Assembly: GCF_009914755.1 (NCBI RefSeq)
Contig: NC_060931.1
Reading direction: 5' to 3' (one strand)
DNA: 64,000 bases
Source of the DNA: the human T2T-CHM13v2.0 reference genome, Homo sapiens
Shown here: positions 15,483 to 33,140 of the stretch, one piece after another
How positions within the stretch are numbered: the first letter of the stretch is position 1
Layout of the letters: every line of letters starts with the position of its first letter
Notes under the pieces: model-generated
Told to the model about the DNA's origin: nothing
What the model saw: the letters and a program-made list of their open reading frames with translations, nothing else
Databases searched by the model: none
Program-made: the position numbers and the translations under genes

Positions 15483-18400
15483 TCAAAACCACACAACTAC
15501 CTGGAAACTGAATAACCTGCTCCTGAATGACTACTGACTACTCGGTAAACAACTGGTACATTTGTTATTTTTCAAGTTAAATAATGAAATTAAGGCAGAA
15601 ATAAATAAGTTCTTTGAAACCAATAAGAACAAAGACAAAGACACAACATATCAGAATCTCTGGGACACAGCTAAAGCAGTGTTTAGAGGGAAATTTGTAG
15701 CACTAAATGCCCACAGGAGAAAGTGGGAAAGACCTAAAATCAACCCCTAACATCACAATTGAAAGAACTAGAGAAGCAAGAGCAAACAAATTCAAAAGCT
15801 AACAGAAGACAAGAAATAACTAAGATCAGAGCAGAACTGAAGGACATAGAGACACGAAAAACCCCAGGAGCTGGTTTTTTGAAAAGATCAACAAAATTGA
15901 TAGACTGCTAGCCAGAATCATCAAGAAGAAAAGAGAGAAGAATCAAATAGACACAGTACAAAATGATAAAGGGGATATCACCACTGATCCCACAGAAATA
16001 CAAACTACCATCAGAGAATACTATAAATATCTCCATGCAAATAACTAGAAAATCTAGAAGAAATGGATAAATTCCTGGACACATACAGCCTCCCAAGACT
16101 AAACTAGGAAGAAGTTGAATCCCTGAATAGACCAATAACAAGTTCTGCAATTGAGACAGTAATTAACAGCCTACCAACCAAAAAAAGCCCAGGACCAGAC
16201 GGATTCACAGCCGAATTCTACCAGAGGTACAAAGAGGAGCTGGTACCATTCCTTCTGAAACTATTCCAAACAATAGAAAAACAAGGGACTCCTCCCTAAC
16301 TCATTTTATGAGGCCAGCATCATCCTGATACCAAAACCAGACAGAGACACAACACAAAAAAAGAAAATTTCAGGCCAATATCCCTGATGAACATCGATGT
16401 GAACATCCTCAATACAATACTGGCAAACCAAATCCAGCAACACATCAAAAAGCTTATCCACCACAATCAAGTTGGCTTCATCCCTGGAATGTAAGGCTGG
16501 TTCAACACAGGCAAATCAATAAACATAATCCATCACATAAACAGAACCAATGACAAAAACCACACGATTATTGCAATAGATGCAGAAAAGGCCTTCGATA
16601 AAATTCAACACCCCTTCGTGCTAAAAACTCTCAACAAACTAGGTGTTGATGGAACATATCTCAAAATAATAAGAGCTATTTATGATAAACCCACAGCCAA
16701 TATCATTTTGAATGGGCAAAAGCTGGAAGCATTCCCTTTGAAAACCAGCACAAGACAAGGATGCCCTCTCTCACCGCTCCTATTCAACATAACATTGGAA
16801 GTTCTGGCCAGGGCAATCAGGCAGGGGAAACAAATAAAGGGTATTCAGATAGGAAGAGAGGAAGTCAAATTGTCTCTGTTTGCAGATGACATGATTGCAT
16901 ATTTAGAAAACCCCATCGTCTCAGCCCAAAATCTCCTTAAGCTGATAAGCAACTTCGGCAAATTCTCAGGATACAAAATCAATGTGCAAAAATCACAGGC
17001 ATTCCCATACACCAATAATAGACAAACAGAGAGCCAAATCATGAGTGAAGTCTCATTCACAATTGCTACAAAGAGAATAAAATACCTAGGAATACAACTT
17101 ACAAGGGATGAAAAGGACCTCTTCAAGAACTACAAACCACAAGCAAATGGAGAAACATTCCATGCTCATGGATAGGAAGACTCAATATTGTGAAAATGGC
17201 CATATTGCCCAAAGTAATTTATACATTCAATGCTATCCCCATAAAGCTACCATTGACTTTCTTCACAGAATTAGAAAAAGCTACTTTAAATTTCATATGG
17301 AACCAAAAAAGAGCCCGCATAGCCAAGACAATCCTAAGCAAAAAGAACACAGCTGGTGGCATCACGCTACCTGACTTCAAACTATACTACAAGGTTGCAG
17401 TAACCAAAACAGCATGGTACTGGTACCAAAACAGAGATATAGACCAATGGAACAGAACAGAGGCCTCAGAAATAACACCACGCATTTACAACCATCTGAT
17501 CTTTTACAAACCTGACAAAAACAAGCAATGGGGAAAGGATTCCCTATTTAATAAATGATGTTGGGAAAACTGGCTATCCATATGCAGAAAACTGAAACTG
17601 GACCCCTTCCTTACACCTTATACAAAAATTAACTCAAGATAGATTAAAGACTTAAACGCAAGACCTAAAAACCATAAAAACCCTAGAAGAAAACCTAGGC
17701 AATACCATTCAGGACATATGCATGGGCAAAGACTTCATGACTAAAACACCAAAAGCAATGGCAACAAAAGTCTAAATTGACAAATGGGATCTAATTAAAG
17801 AGCTTCTGCACAGCAAAAGAAACTATCATCAGAGTGAACAGGCAACCTACAGAACAGGATTAAATTGTTGCAATCTATTCATCTGACTAAGGGCTAATAT
17901 CCAGAATCTACAAGGAACTTAAACAAATTTACAAGGAAAAAAACCATCAAAAAGTGGGCCAAGGATATAAACAGACACTTCTCAAAAGAAGACATTTAGG
18001 TGGCCAAAAAACATATGAAAAAAAGCTCATCATCACTGGTTATTAGAGAAATGCAAATCAAAACCACAATGAGATCCCATCTCACACCAGTTAGAATGGT
18101 GATCATTAAAAAGTCAGGAAACAATATGTGCTGGAGAGGATGTGGAGAAATAGGGAATGCTTTTACACTGTTGGTGGGAGTGTAAATTAGTTCAACCATT
18201 GTGGAAGACAGTATGGCGATTCCTCAAGGATCTAGAATCAGAAATACCATTTGACCCAGCAATCCCATTACTGGGTATATACCCAAAGGATTATAAGTCA
18301 TTCTAATATAAAGATACATGCACACGTATGTTTATTGCAGCACTACTCACAATAGCAAAGACTTGGAACCAACCCAAATGCCCATCAAAGATAGACTGGA

Positions 18401-18982
18401 TAAAGAAAATGTGGCACATATATGCCATGGAATACTATGCAGCCATAAAAAAGGATGAGTTCATGTCCTTTGCAGGGACATGGATGAAGCTGGAAACCGT
18501 AATTCCCAGCAAGCTAACACAGGAACAGAAAACCAGACACTGCATGTTCTCACTCATAAGTGGGAGTTGAACCATGAGAACACATGGACACAAGGAGGGA
18601 AACATCACACATAGGGGCCTGTCGGGTGGCGGGGGTCTAGGGGAGGGATAGCATTAGGAGAAATACCTAATGTAGATGACAGATAATCTTATGTGTCTTA
18701 AACTTTGCAGGCACAAAATCCAGCTAATGTATGGAGTTTCACTTTCTAATACATGCAAGTTAACCTGCTTTTCAAGGTACATGATGTTCAGTGGCTAAAA
18801 TTCTTTACAGTTCTAGATATGAGAGATTTCAGGACTGTAAGCCCATTATTTTGCTTCAAACATGGTATCTGATCTCATACTTAAAGAGCAATGAGAAATG
18901 CTTCAGAAAAGGGAGAGCACTTTTTAATATATTCTGAATGTATTAGGATGCAGTTATCATATCTTGTAAGGTTGAAAATTCA

Positions 18983-19316
<334 letters not shown>

Positions 19317-21141
19317 CTATTCATTGATCAGAATACTCAGAAAAGCAGTATTATATAGGGATAGGAGGGTAGGCAGGCAGTATACTGCCACCAGTAAATA
19401 TATTTGTGAGTTCTACTAAAGAGGAAAGGAGACCCCTTTTGGAGTTTTTTTGTTCTGTTTTGTTTTTGTTTTTTAGTTTTCTCATGTTTTATCCTAATGG
19501 GTTTTGAAAGCATGATCATTTAAAATACTGTTGGAATGGGCCCATCAGTGATGTGATCTTTCACCTGTGAAAAGACAAGGGCTACTTTTGTGGCTGTATC
19601 TCCCCTATCCAGACAGGTAGGAGACCCAGCCTCTGTGGCTTTATGCCGGACGCTCATTTCCTGCCCACAGAGTTTCTCTGCCCTTCAGGATAACTCAGAG
19701 TTTGCCAGCCATTGTTGGGTCTATCCAAGGGTGTGTAGTTCACAACTGCTTCCTTCCTTTTTCCCTAGAAGGGTAAAGGTTACCCCATAAGCTAAGGGGA
19801 AAATGCCCAGCCCAGAGAGAAAAGCTAAGCAGAGCGAGCCTCTTGGATCCTGAGGGTCTAGCAGAGGGCTTATAATATCTCTTCCTATTGCCAGTGCCCC
19901 AGTTGCGCAGCTCTCTGCGTCTTTTCTCAAATCATCACCCAATCCGTTTGCCTTTTATAGAAAGTGATGGTAATGATGTGTGTAGAGTGACAGACTTCAG
20001 TTTTTACATAGAAAGACGGGATGTAGGCAGTGGGATCAGGCCAACATCAGCCTTGGGCAGCGTTTTCAGTGGGGAAGCCTCCTCATTAGAAGAGCCGGCA
20101 GCAGCTGTGTGACTGCCTCAGGCTGAAGAGAGTCCTGGGAGGGTTGGATGTCTTGTTCTCTCCTACTGGATTTCTACCATAATAATAATAAACAGATTTA
20201 TTTTTCTAGTAGTTCTCATTTGACTAGACATGGATGAGGTAAATTTTCAGGAAAGGCACAACAGTGTAATGGATTTTTATGGGTAAAATGGCTATCATAA
20301 AAGCTTTAAGCTAAAACTTTAAAGGGGTTTGATAACGAGGGTACATTAAGACTTTGGTTTGCAATTATTTACTTAGGAAGGATGGAAATGTTTGCAAGTT
20401 TGAATTTGGCTAAAAGCCCTTCTTAATTGTAAAAGAATCACTTTTAGATGTTCACAAGCTGAGCTTTAGCAAATACCTTTACTGGTTCTTGAGTTGCCTC
20501 TATCTTAGTTTTCCCACCATTGTACTTTACAGCACAATTTACAATATGTCCCCACCCCCAAAAGAGCATTTCCTTTCTCAATTGTCACAAAGCTGCTGAG
20601 AAGAAGCTTATTTTTAACTTGGAAATGTGTTTTGTTTTAATAGTTTTAGCCTGAGAGCAATTATCTTACACACTTTATAGGTGCCTAATGCGGTCTTAAA
20701 TCATGACTGACCAAGGTTTATCAATAAATCCATTGATAACATACCAGAAATGAGTCTGCAATAACAAAATGAGTCTGTTATTTGCTTAACATCAACCATC
20801 AGGGGGAAAAATTTAATCCTAAAAATGAGATATAAAACAATACCAATGAAGATAATTAGGAAAAATTGTTACAATACTGATTTTGGGCCCTCTCTGGTTC
20901 CGTTTTTATCTATTTCTAAAAGAAACAACATAACACATGTATTAAATATTACATAATTTTTAAAAGGCTGAGTGTGTCAACTAACCAGCCTGGTATACAT
21001 CAAATAGTGACCATATTTAAAGAACAAGGAAAAATCTTCAGTCATTAATAAATGTGAACTAATAGGTAAAAAGAAGTAGATTCACTTTTCATTTGTTAGT
21101 GCCTGGTGCATAGGAGGTGCTTTATTAAGAAATAATTAATG

Positions 21142-21381
21142 AAACCTGGGCAGCATAACAAGACCCCGTCTCTACAGAAATTTAAAAATTAGCTGGGTGA
21201 GGTGGCGCACACCTGTAGTCCTGTCTACTAGAGAGGCTGAGGCGGGAGGATTGCTTGAGCCCAGGAGTTTGAGGCTGCAGTGAGCTAGGACTATGCCACT
21301 GCACTGCAGACTGGGCAAGAGTGAGACCCCCATCTCTAAAAGTAAATAAGTAAATAATGAATGAATGAATGAATGAATGAA
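21142..21381 (+). mobile_element. 5'-truncated old Alu (AluJ-like) with (TGAA)n tail
   Basis: GGAGGATTGCTTGAGCCCAGGAGTTTGAGGCTGCAGTGAGCT AluJ diagnostics; (TGAA)n at about 21357-21381. Confidence 0.85.
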
Positions 21382-21698
21382 TTATTGGCAGATATGTGTT
21401 CCAAAACCATCTATATGTTTCATATTATGCTAGCTGCTGAATGCAACTGGGCAAACACTGGATACCAAATGAGGTATTTTTACTGTGCAACTTTTGTCTC
21501 TGGGTGGGGAATACCATAGCAACCAGAATGTAGTGCACGCAGCCAGTGCACAGAGCAAGGCGTATAATGGCTGGACCTTGGCTTATAGAGCACATGAAGG
21601 AGTTTGATAAGAGCTCAGTCCGAAGGCTGATGAAGAGTTACAATCAGAGTTATGAGCAAGTAAAAGTCTGGGCCCAACGTGTTTCTACTCCTACCCTA

Positions 21699-22415
<717 letters not shown>

Positions 22416-22553
22416 TTAAATTTTTACTAAATTGTGGGAAAATGAAAGAATTTCAGACTATTTAAGGATATACATTTTGTTTGTTCGTTTTCCATATATG
22501 TGAAAAATTATAATATATTGGGTTTTTTTAAAAGTTCTATGTTGTCCTTGTAG

Positions 22554-22715
<162 letters not shown>

Positions 22716-24117
22716 TAAGGATCTTAAAATGCTTTGCTGGGGTGTGCTTGGAAAATAGGTTTTGTTTTTGAATGAATATTTCTTTTAAAATTGCTCAAGA
22801 AGCTCATCTCTTGAATTAAAAAGGGTCTTGGCCTGTCACATGCCTTGTGGGTCTGTTCTGTTTTGTTCTTGTAATCCCATTTACTCATTGGATTTGAAGA
22901 GAGAGAAAGGTGACATGGCCTAGGTGAAGAGAAGAGGCCAGAAATGGGAGTTTCTCAACCATTTATGCGACAAGTCTTCAGGTGTTGTCTGAGTAGATTT
23001 GCAAGAGTAGCACTAGTTGGGATCACTTCATCCTTGGAGTCTTCAAATGTAGAGTCTCCAAAGGCTTTTTCTACAGAAATCAGTAAACAGCTCAGCATGG
23101 ATCCTCTCTTTTAAATTCACTTTCTAAACCTCAGAAATGTAGTGAGGCAGCTGAATCACGTGTTTGAGACTTTTTTAGATGAGTTAAAATTTATATTCAG
23201 CTTATATTTACTGGCACTGCAATATATGGGCTGTATCTCACTGAACCATCCCCACGGTCCTGGGAGGGAGCAGTATCATTCCTATAATATAAAAGAGGTA
23301 CCTGAAGTTCAGAGAGATGAAGTGTGGCTTCACAGAGGTAATCCAGAGAGTAAGAGCTGAACAAGCCTTCAGCTCAGCTCTGATCATCTTCTGATCCAAG
23401 ACCCGTGCTAGTTCTACTGTATTCTACATGTACCCTTCTACAAGCTTTGAATTCCATAATCATCAGAGAATCCAGAAATTATTCATTATCACATAATAAC
23501 AACACTCAAATATTTAAAGTTTTATGGTTGAATCTTTATGATTGAACCCATTCTATCAGGTGGTTATTTTATATCTAATAGAATTCATTTCAGGGTTACA
23601 CAAAGGTCCGAATCTATCCATTTTACTGAGACCAAAACACTAATGAAGGTAATATTTGTTAGCTGAATGGCAAAACAAATTTTTTCTAGAAATCTCCCTT
23701 GTAAAATCTCCAAAACTCTTAATCATTGCATATAAATCAGGACCTGTAAAAGTAAAGCATAATTCATTCTCTCCTTTAAAAAGTTATTTAATAAATCAAA
23801 TTGTATTTAAATTTTCTCAGAACTATATGATTATTCATTCAGAAATAATTCTATGGAAAGCCATCACAATTTCATTATCATTTAAGTAATTTAAATAAGC
23901 ATGTACAAGTATAACCACAGAAATGTACCTGTTGACATACTTTAATGAAGAGATTGGCCTATTTGTAGTTAGCCCATTGTTTCATATGCATCTGAAGTGG
24001 ACCAAAGATTATCCCCAAATATTAATATTATCCAAACTTAGATTATTATGCACTATTCAACTGGTGAGGTCTTTATGGATAAGGTCTGATATTTCCTGTT
24101 TGTCTGTATAAGTGCTA

Positions 24118-24450
<333 letters not shown>

Positions 24451-24615
24451 GTTAAGTTTATCATAGTATAGAAATAGGATTATATAATTTTTGGCCTTAA
24501 TGCTTATCTTGAAACTCTGCTTGCTATTCAAAGCAGTCAGCTCACCATTTAGAGTTAATGTCACTTCCTATAAAACAACCTAACCAGAAAATTCCTTGGA
24601 TTTGTCATGTATTAA

Positions 24616-24765
<150 letters not shown>

Positions 24766-24836
24766 TGATTTTTACTTAATCTATTTAAATTATAAGATGA
24801 ACAAGTTACTTTGTTTTGTTTTTATCTCCCCTCCAG

Positions 24837-24973
24837 GATCCTGTAATAACAAGTATTTCGCCGAAATACGGTCCTATGGCTGGTGGCACTTTACTTACTT
24901 TAACTGGAAATTACCTAAACAGTGGGAATTCTAGACACATTTCAATTGGTGGAAAAACATGTACTTTAAAAAG
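24837..24973 (+). CDS. MET: MET exon 8 (IPT2), 137 nt
   Basis: cccctccag|GATCCT...AAAAG|gtgttg; [45 protein letters not shown]. Confidence 0.98.
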
Positions 24974-25643
24974 GTGTTGTAAATTTATTTTTTGTTGCAT
25001 CTGTCAATTTGAATTAATATCTGTACCTTAAAAATTAAGCAGATTGTTTTGTGTGTGTGTGTGGAGAAGAAAAATCAAGATGTTTATTTGTTTACTCTCC
25101 TACTGACAAAACTTCCTCCTTCCAAAATTCATCTACTCCTTTTGCTGATTTTTCTTCCTTTCTCTTGTTTTTTAGCAATCCTACTTTTCAGTTTTGTCTT
25201 CCCATCCACCCTCTTTATTGTTATAGCTTAGGATCTTAGCTATACTATGAGCTGTGAGAGTCTGGTCATTGATAATAATTTAAAATAAACATTTTCATCA
25301 AGATTTGTAATTAGACTAAGTCACTCTGGGGAAGGAAGAAATGGGGAAAATTGGGTCTGGAAGACAGTTATGTTTCTGCTTCTTAGAGTTGGAAGAGCTC
25401 AGTTTAATCAAGTACCAAAAGTACTTTAAAGGTTTTTTTTTCAAATCTCAAATGTTTTCCAGTCAAGGATAGCTTGTCCACAACAAAGGTAAGTTTGAGA
25501 TCCAGTCAGATTAAACAGCCTACACTAGAAAAGGCTTCCACTCAGGAAATTCCCACTTAGGAACCATTGAGTTATATCCTTTTGATTTGTGGATATAATT
25601 CTAAAATATGTGTATCTCTAATAGCTAAAATTCACTTCCTTAA

Positions 25644-25820
<177 letters not shown>

Positions 25821-26515
25821 TAAGTAGAAGCTTCTGATGGGTATAAGAAAACAATGAATACAAGGATGATTTTGCTGTAGAATAGTCAAGAGGAATTGCA
25901 GTTTTATCTCTGGCTTTGATGCTGTTATGTTGCTTTTGAAGGCTTCTTTCCAATTCAGGAGAGAAAACTATATTCAGGTTCTGAGTGTAGTTTGACTTAT
26001 CAATGCTAGTTCATTCCAAGAAGTATCTTATCCTGTTCTATTACATTTAAACAGAGTATAGCAAAATAGTTTAATGTGGCATTGTAGTATACATGCACTT
26101 ACATTATGTACATATCAATTCTATACTAACCTTAGTGCCCAGAAGTGGAATTACCTTTTTTCTTCCATTCTCTAGATATGTTTTTGTCCTGCCTGCTTTA
26201 CACACAGCTTTTCTTTATGCCAGACTCTCTTTGAATTGATATCTCATTGGACCCAGTTCAATCTGCCTTGTTTCCATTAATTCTATCAGTCTAGCAACAA
26301 TAGTTAAGTTCGGTTTTCTTTGTATTTTTTTCAGAGGTGAAATATTTATTTTGTGTAATTCGGTGAATAAAATACAAATGCATTTCTTAAGCTTATGAAA
26401 TATGCATTTTAAAAATATTTTCAAGTTAAATAAGTTGTTTCCAAAGAACAGTTACCCATGAACTTCCATTTGATGTTGACTGTGCCTCTGACCTGTAATC
26501 AGTGCAGGTGATTAA

Positions 26516-26794
<279 letters not shown>

Positions 26795-26951
26795 TAGTTA
26801 ATTTCCTTGCAGTGTAGCCAAGTAGTATTTTTTATTTAATAACTGAAATTATCTAGAGTCTTGGGCTAACCATGTGGAAAAAATACATACACATACACAC
26901 ATGCACATATAATGTTTAGACAAGAATGAAGATTACCAATTTGAGACAGTG

Positions 26952-27339
<388 letters not shown>

Positions 27340-29454
27340 TAATGTGTCATAGAACATGGACCCTTTTGCTCTAATAAAATCCTTGGAAAAGGTTGCTGAT
27401 CTTGCAGCAGTATTCTTGCATTTCTAAGCAGCTGACGTATGCTTTCTTACAGCCCCCTGTTCTTCTTATCATTCTTCTTGTCCCTTTGTTAGCTCTTTCT
27501 TGAAAGAGCTAACAAAGAAAGAGCATTAGAATATTTATGTTATGTCCTAAAGTGTGAATGTTATTTGCTGTTTCTCCACCTATCCTTATTTTATATAGGT
27601 CACATTAAAGTGGTAGTTTTAGTTTAGACCTTAGAAAGCTTGGAGTTATTTCCAAAGATTCCATACATTTTGTTGATGTTTTTCTCTAATATAAAATACC
27701 ATAATCTAGTAGGACTTGAGCACTCAACTCAGAATGAAAGTTCTAAGTGCTCTTGCTCAAGCAAGGTCTTGATTGGTCAGGTGATAGATTGAATTACAGC
27801 ACTTCCTTTTAGATTCTCCATCCAATATTTCTTGAAGACTAAAGCCACAATGTTCTTTAATTACAAAAACCAATTTGGGGCTAAAAATGTCAAGCCAAAT
27901 CACCAAATAATAAGGTCATTTCAAATAAGATTTTTCTTGGCCTTCTCAATCAGCCACATTGCATCACCTCTAGAGAGTATTATTAGATTTTTATCATATT
28001 CCTGAGAGATTGTACTCTAGGGAGTCACCATATGAAGCAAAGCATTTTGAAACCAATCCCCACACATGGCCACAAACAAAGTTAGAGTACCACTGCTATT
28101 AATTTAAAGGACATCAGTTCTCCACAACTAAGCATAACAATGTTTCATTAACCAAATAAGAATAATAGTGACCCTCTTTGGTGTTGGTATGAGACCTTTT
28201 AAAGTAGAAATCTGAGAAATTATTAGTTTATCTAATTAATGCTGAGCCTCCATTATTAAGATAATGACTGAATTTCCTTTCTTCTCCCTCATTGGCATTA
28301 AAGTGACACTCAGAATGCCTTAGCTTCAGTCATTCATTTGTAATCAAATATTTATTAAAAACTTTTTAGGTGTCACACATGAGAGTTACATATCCCAAGG
28401 ATGATTCAAACAATGGTAGACGATAAAAATCTTATTTGTTTATATATCTGGAAATATAAACTTCTGTTGTTTTAGTGACAAACATGTTAGTACAGTAGAA
28501 CTGTACATTAGAATCGGACAAGAGTGAAAAATTCAGTGGATCTATTTTACTATTTACTATTTATTTTACTGTCGTTTGTGAAAAGTACTTTATAAGGAGA
28601 TATGTATTCATTCCATGTTCCTTGCCACTTATAGAATTTAAAGCTGACCATGATGAATTGAACCCATTTATTATTTAACAAATAAAAACTCTTGGTCAGG
28701 TCTGATTTAGATATATAGGTCCAGCCACAATAACTTTAAGTCCAATAAACTTGAATCCTTTCAAAACAAGAACAATCATCTTCATAACAAAATGTATATT
28801 AAATTGTTAACATGTGCATTATGCCCTAGGAGCCTGCAGTTTATTGTGTAGTTCTCAAATTTCTTGTTATGTAAACAATTATTGTGATGACAGTTAAATT
28901 GTTCATGTCCATCAGGAATAAATAACTTTTAGCATTATAATATTAATTTTATATAAAACTAAATAGTATAATTTTATCCATATTATATCTCTATCAGTTT
29001 TATCTGCTGCCTATATACATTTTTAATGTAAGATCATTTTTTAAATGATTTTTTAAAGAAAATAGCAAATAACAAATTCTGTTTGTCCTTTTTATGTATA
29101 TCCTGAGTCCTTTTTCTATTGTGGGCATAAGTAATTGTTTTATCTCCAACTATACTTGTCAAAGAAAAGGAAATCTAAGGGATGTTGTTGCTTGTTTGTC
29201 TTTTCCTTGGGGGAAAAATGCAACCGTTAACCTTAGATGTACCACTATGTGTTGCTGGTTTAGTCTAAGTACAATCAAGAGGAAGCTACATTTTCCAAAA
29301 TTCCATAAATCAGAATTCCAAAGAGGAAGATTTGAAATGAGACATGAAAGGGCATGAAATAATAATAGCAGAGGCTTTGTAAAATAGAGAGCATAGGAAA
29401 AGGTTTCAGTATAAAATATGTCATAGACAAAAAGATAGCATGGGAGTGAAGACA

Positions 29455-29670
29455 CTGAATTTTGGAGTTAATGGCCTAGGATTTATATTCGCTATTCTGC
29501 CACTCCAAGCTGTGTGACCTGGCCTAATGACATAAGTTTGCAAAGCTCAGTTTCTTCATTTGTAAACTGTGGGTAATCATAATACCCACCTATAGGATTA
29601 TCAGGAGAATTAAATGAGACCAACTTTGTAAAGTATTTTGCACAGAACCTGGCATTCAATAATTAATAGC
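29455..29670 (+). mobile_element. MIR
   Basis: GCTGTGTGACCT...CTCAGTTTCTTCATTTGTAAA...AATACCCACCT...ATTAAATGAGA MIR core. Confidence 0.72.
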
Positions 29671-30248
29671 TTAAAAGACACTAATAAGATTACCTAACAA
29701 CATAGTTAATTATCATGTTCACCATATGGTGCTTGGTGCTTTACAAAGCACTTTACCATGTGGTATCCAACATGGTAAATAGCATTTTCATCTTAATTCC
29801 TAAATGAGGAAACTGAGTTATTCAGTGTGGGCCCTACCTTAGTTCCCATAGCTTGGGTTAAAGCTAGGAGATGAGCCAAGGCCTTCTAACCCCACAAAGC
29901 TGAGCTCCCAGTCTGCCTGACTGCCTCACACAACAAGGGGCAGTTCCTCCAGGTGACTGTCCTGTCTTCTTAAGGAAAATAAAATGATGAGATGAAGGCC
30001 AGCTTCAGATAGATCAGCACAGTTTATGCTGGGCAGGTGGAGCTCTGTGTTTCTTTGAAGGGTGGGTTGTTTGGATAATTTTGCATGTATCGTGTTTCCA
30101 GAAATGTGTAGTCTAACATTAGGAAGTTAAATACAGATTTTTTCAAAAATTATATATTTTCAATTGATTGGGGTGGTAAATTATAAAGTTGCTATGGATG
30201 TTGCCAAGCTGTATTCTGTTTACAGTGGATAATTGTGTCTTTCTCTAG

Positions 30249-30515
<267 letters not shown>

Positions 30516-32216
30516 TGACTTCATAGCTATGTGAATACAATTGTTGTACTTGGCCATTGTATCTTATACAACACCAGCAAATATATAAACTCTGAAAAAC
30601 AAATCTTTTTGGCATAAAACTAAAAGATAAGAATAACCGTGGACTGCATTTTAATGAAGCATTAAAAAACCCTTTCTTGTGTATGTATTAAAACGTAGCA
30701 AATGTGGGACACAAATTATCCATTAAAGAGGATCCGCGTCATGCATTATCTTGCTGATGTTATACATTTCCCCGGACATGTTACCTAAATGTGCTCATTA
30801 TAAGATAAAACATAAGAGCTGTGAAAGTAAATGCATCAATTGTATCTCCGTTCTTCCTTGTAATACTTGGAATTTTGTATCTGGGTATGGTCATCTCTAA
30901 GCTAATTTGTAAATGGAACTAGATATCTGCCACCTTAGGAACATATTAGCTTCTAAATGTAATTTAATAGAGAATAACAGATCATCTTTTCTAAAGCAAG
31001 CCTGTTGCAAACAAAGAACACTAAGACCCAGAAAGGTTAAGTGATTGACAAGTGACAAAATAGTGGCAGAATAATAAAGACTAGAGTGCAGCTTTTTTAT
31101 GTCCCTTCAGTAGTTTCTACTTCAAATAATAACACAGGCAAAATGCTCAAGACTTGAATTATTCATAGCTCCAGTCACTAGAAACAGCAAAATATTTATC
31201 CTTCAACATGTTGTTAAAACATTTAGAATTTTTTTTCCTGAAAGATGATCTGAATGCAAATATGAACAAACATAAAGCAATAGGATAGTCTTTATTTGGT
31301 TGTAATATAGGCTTTCATGGGTCATCTCCATCTAAGTAATAATATGTTTCCATTGAAATTTTTCTGACTTTTTCAACAAAAATTTAACTGCAGCCCAACT
31401 TATGCATATGTTCACGTTCATACAAGTTTACTAACCTCATTATTGTGTTTTGTACAATAATTAAGCAAGCCCAGCATAAAATTGAATGGAAGCCCGCTTC
31501 AATGAACAGTGTGTTTACAAAAGCAAAGTTCTTTCATCTGCTTCTTTAATTAGTTTTAGAAAGGGAGAAATAAGCTTTTATCACTTCTTTTTTTTTAATA
31601 AAACTAATCTAGTGTGACCTTTTGCTTTCAACAATTACTGTGTTTGCCATTTGAAAGATTCCATTTGGTTTTTCTTGATGATAACAAAGGTTTATGTGCA
31701 AATAGTTTTACACTCACAGAAACTCTATTTTTCTGTTCCTGTATCTATGATGAAGGGATTAGAGATAAACGGTTCTTTATCTACCCTTCCAAGCACAGTC
31801 TTTATGGAAGAGAAAACTTCTCTTTCCATAAATTAAATACCCATTATTCAACATCCTACAAAATTGTTGGACCAAGAAAAACATAATTTGGCATCATCCT
31901 CGGCCTGTCAATGGTATTCCCAACATGGCGAAAGGGTCTTCTAGAGACTGGCAAAAAACACTTTATTTTCTTGCCTATATATGGAATAACTCTTTCTCTA
32001 ACAAGTGTATAGCACCTGCCACGTGACAGAATAGTAATCTAGTGGGAGCAGTGGCAATTCAGGGAGATTATTTTAGTATCATGGTTCAATATTTTTTCAT
32101 ACTTCATTTTTCTTATGTATGAGAGGAAAGCAAAGGCATAAGAGAATATTTGTTGTGTCAGCAATCTAACTCTTTATCAATACGTTAAGTTGATCACATT
32201 AAAACTTCTACCTCTC

Positions 32217-32552
<336 letters not shown>

Positions 32553-32934
32553 TTAGAATGAGATATGCTCTTTATTGCCAGGAAGATTTCATGCTCCTCA
32601 TGCAGCCATGCATGCAAGAGTTCCTAGGGTGAAAAGAGATTGTGATCATTCCCTGCCCTAGTTGTGAGAGTCCCTCAATTCATAGTAAGCCCAGTGACTA
32701 CACCATGGGCAAAAGGGCGAGCCAGGTTTGGATGAGGGAACACAATAGGGGTCAAGCATAAGTCACCCCTCAGAATGAATCCTAAGCCCCATGGATGGAG
32801 AAGGAAGTTTTTGGCCAAGGCTTCAAGTCCCCCAAGAGCAGTCGTAGACAGTGGTCATCAAAAGTAGGTACCTCTTTGTGGGTATACATGACTCCCCAAA
32901 TGCCTCTATCAACAACAGCTCATGTTTGTATGGA

Positions 32935-33140
32935 ATTTTACAGTTGACACTGTACTTTGGCATATTTTATTTCATTTGAGTCTCATGTGGACCCATGAGG
33001 TTGGGAGGTCAGTGATGATTATCCCCATTTATAGATAGGTAAACAAAGGTTTAGGAAGATTAGCTGATTTGTCTTGGGTCACCCAGGAAGCAAAGAGCAG
33101 AACTGGGGCTCACACTCAGGCTTCTTGATTCCAAATTTGG
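32935..33140 (-). mobile_element. MIR
   Basis: ATTATCCCCATTTATAGATAGGTAAAC...GGGTCACCCAG...AGAGCAGAACTGGG reverse MIR core. Confidence 0.65.

Noticed and set aside
19376-19389. Perfect 14-bp palindrome GGCAGTATACTGCC
   Set aside because: A few palindromes of this length are expected by chance in 64 kb
19888-20112. 74-aa ORF preceded internally by a ccttttatag acceptor-like site
   Set aside because: No matching donor or protein similarity that I can support
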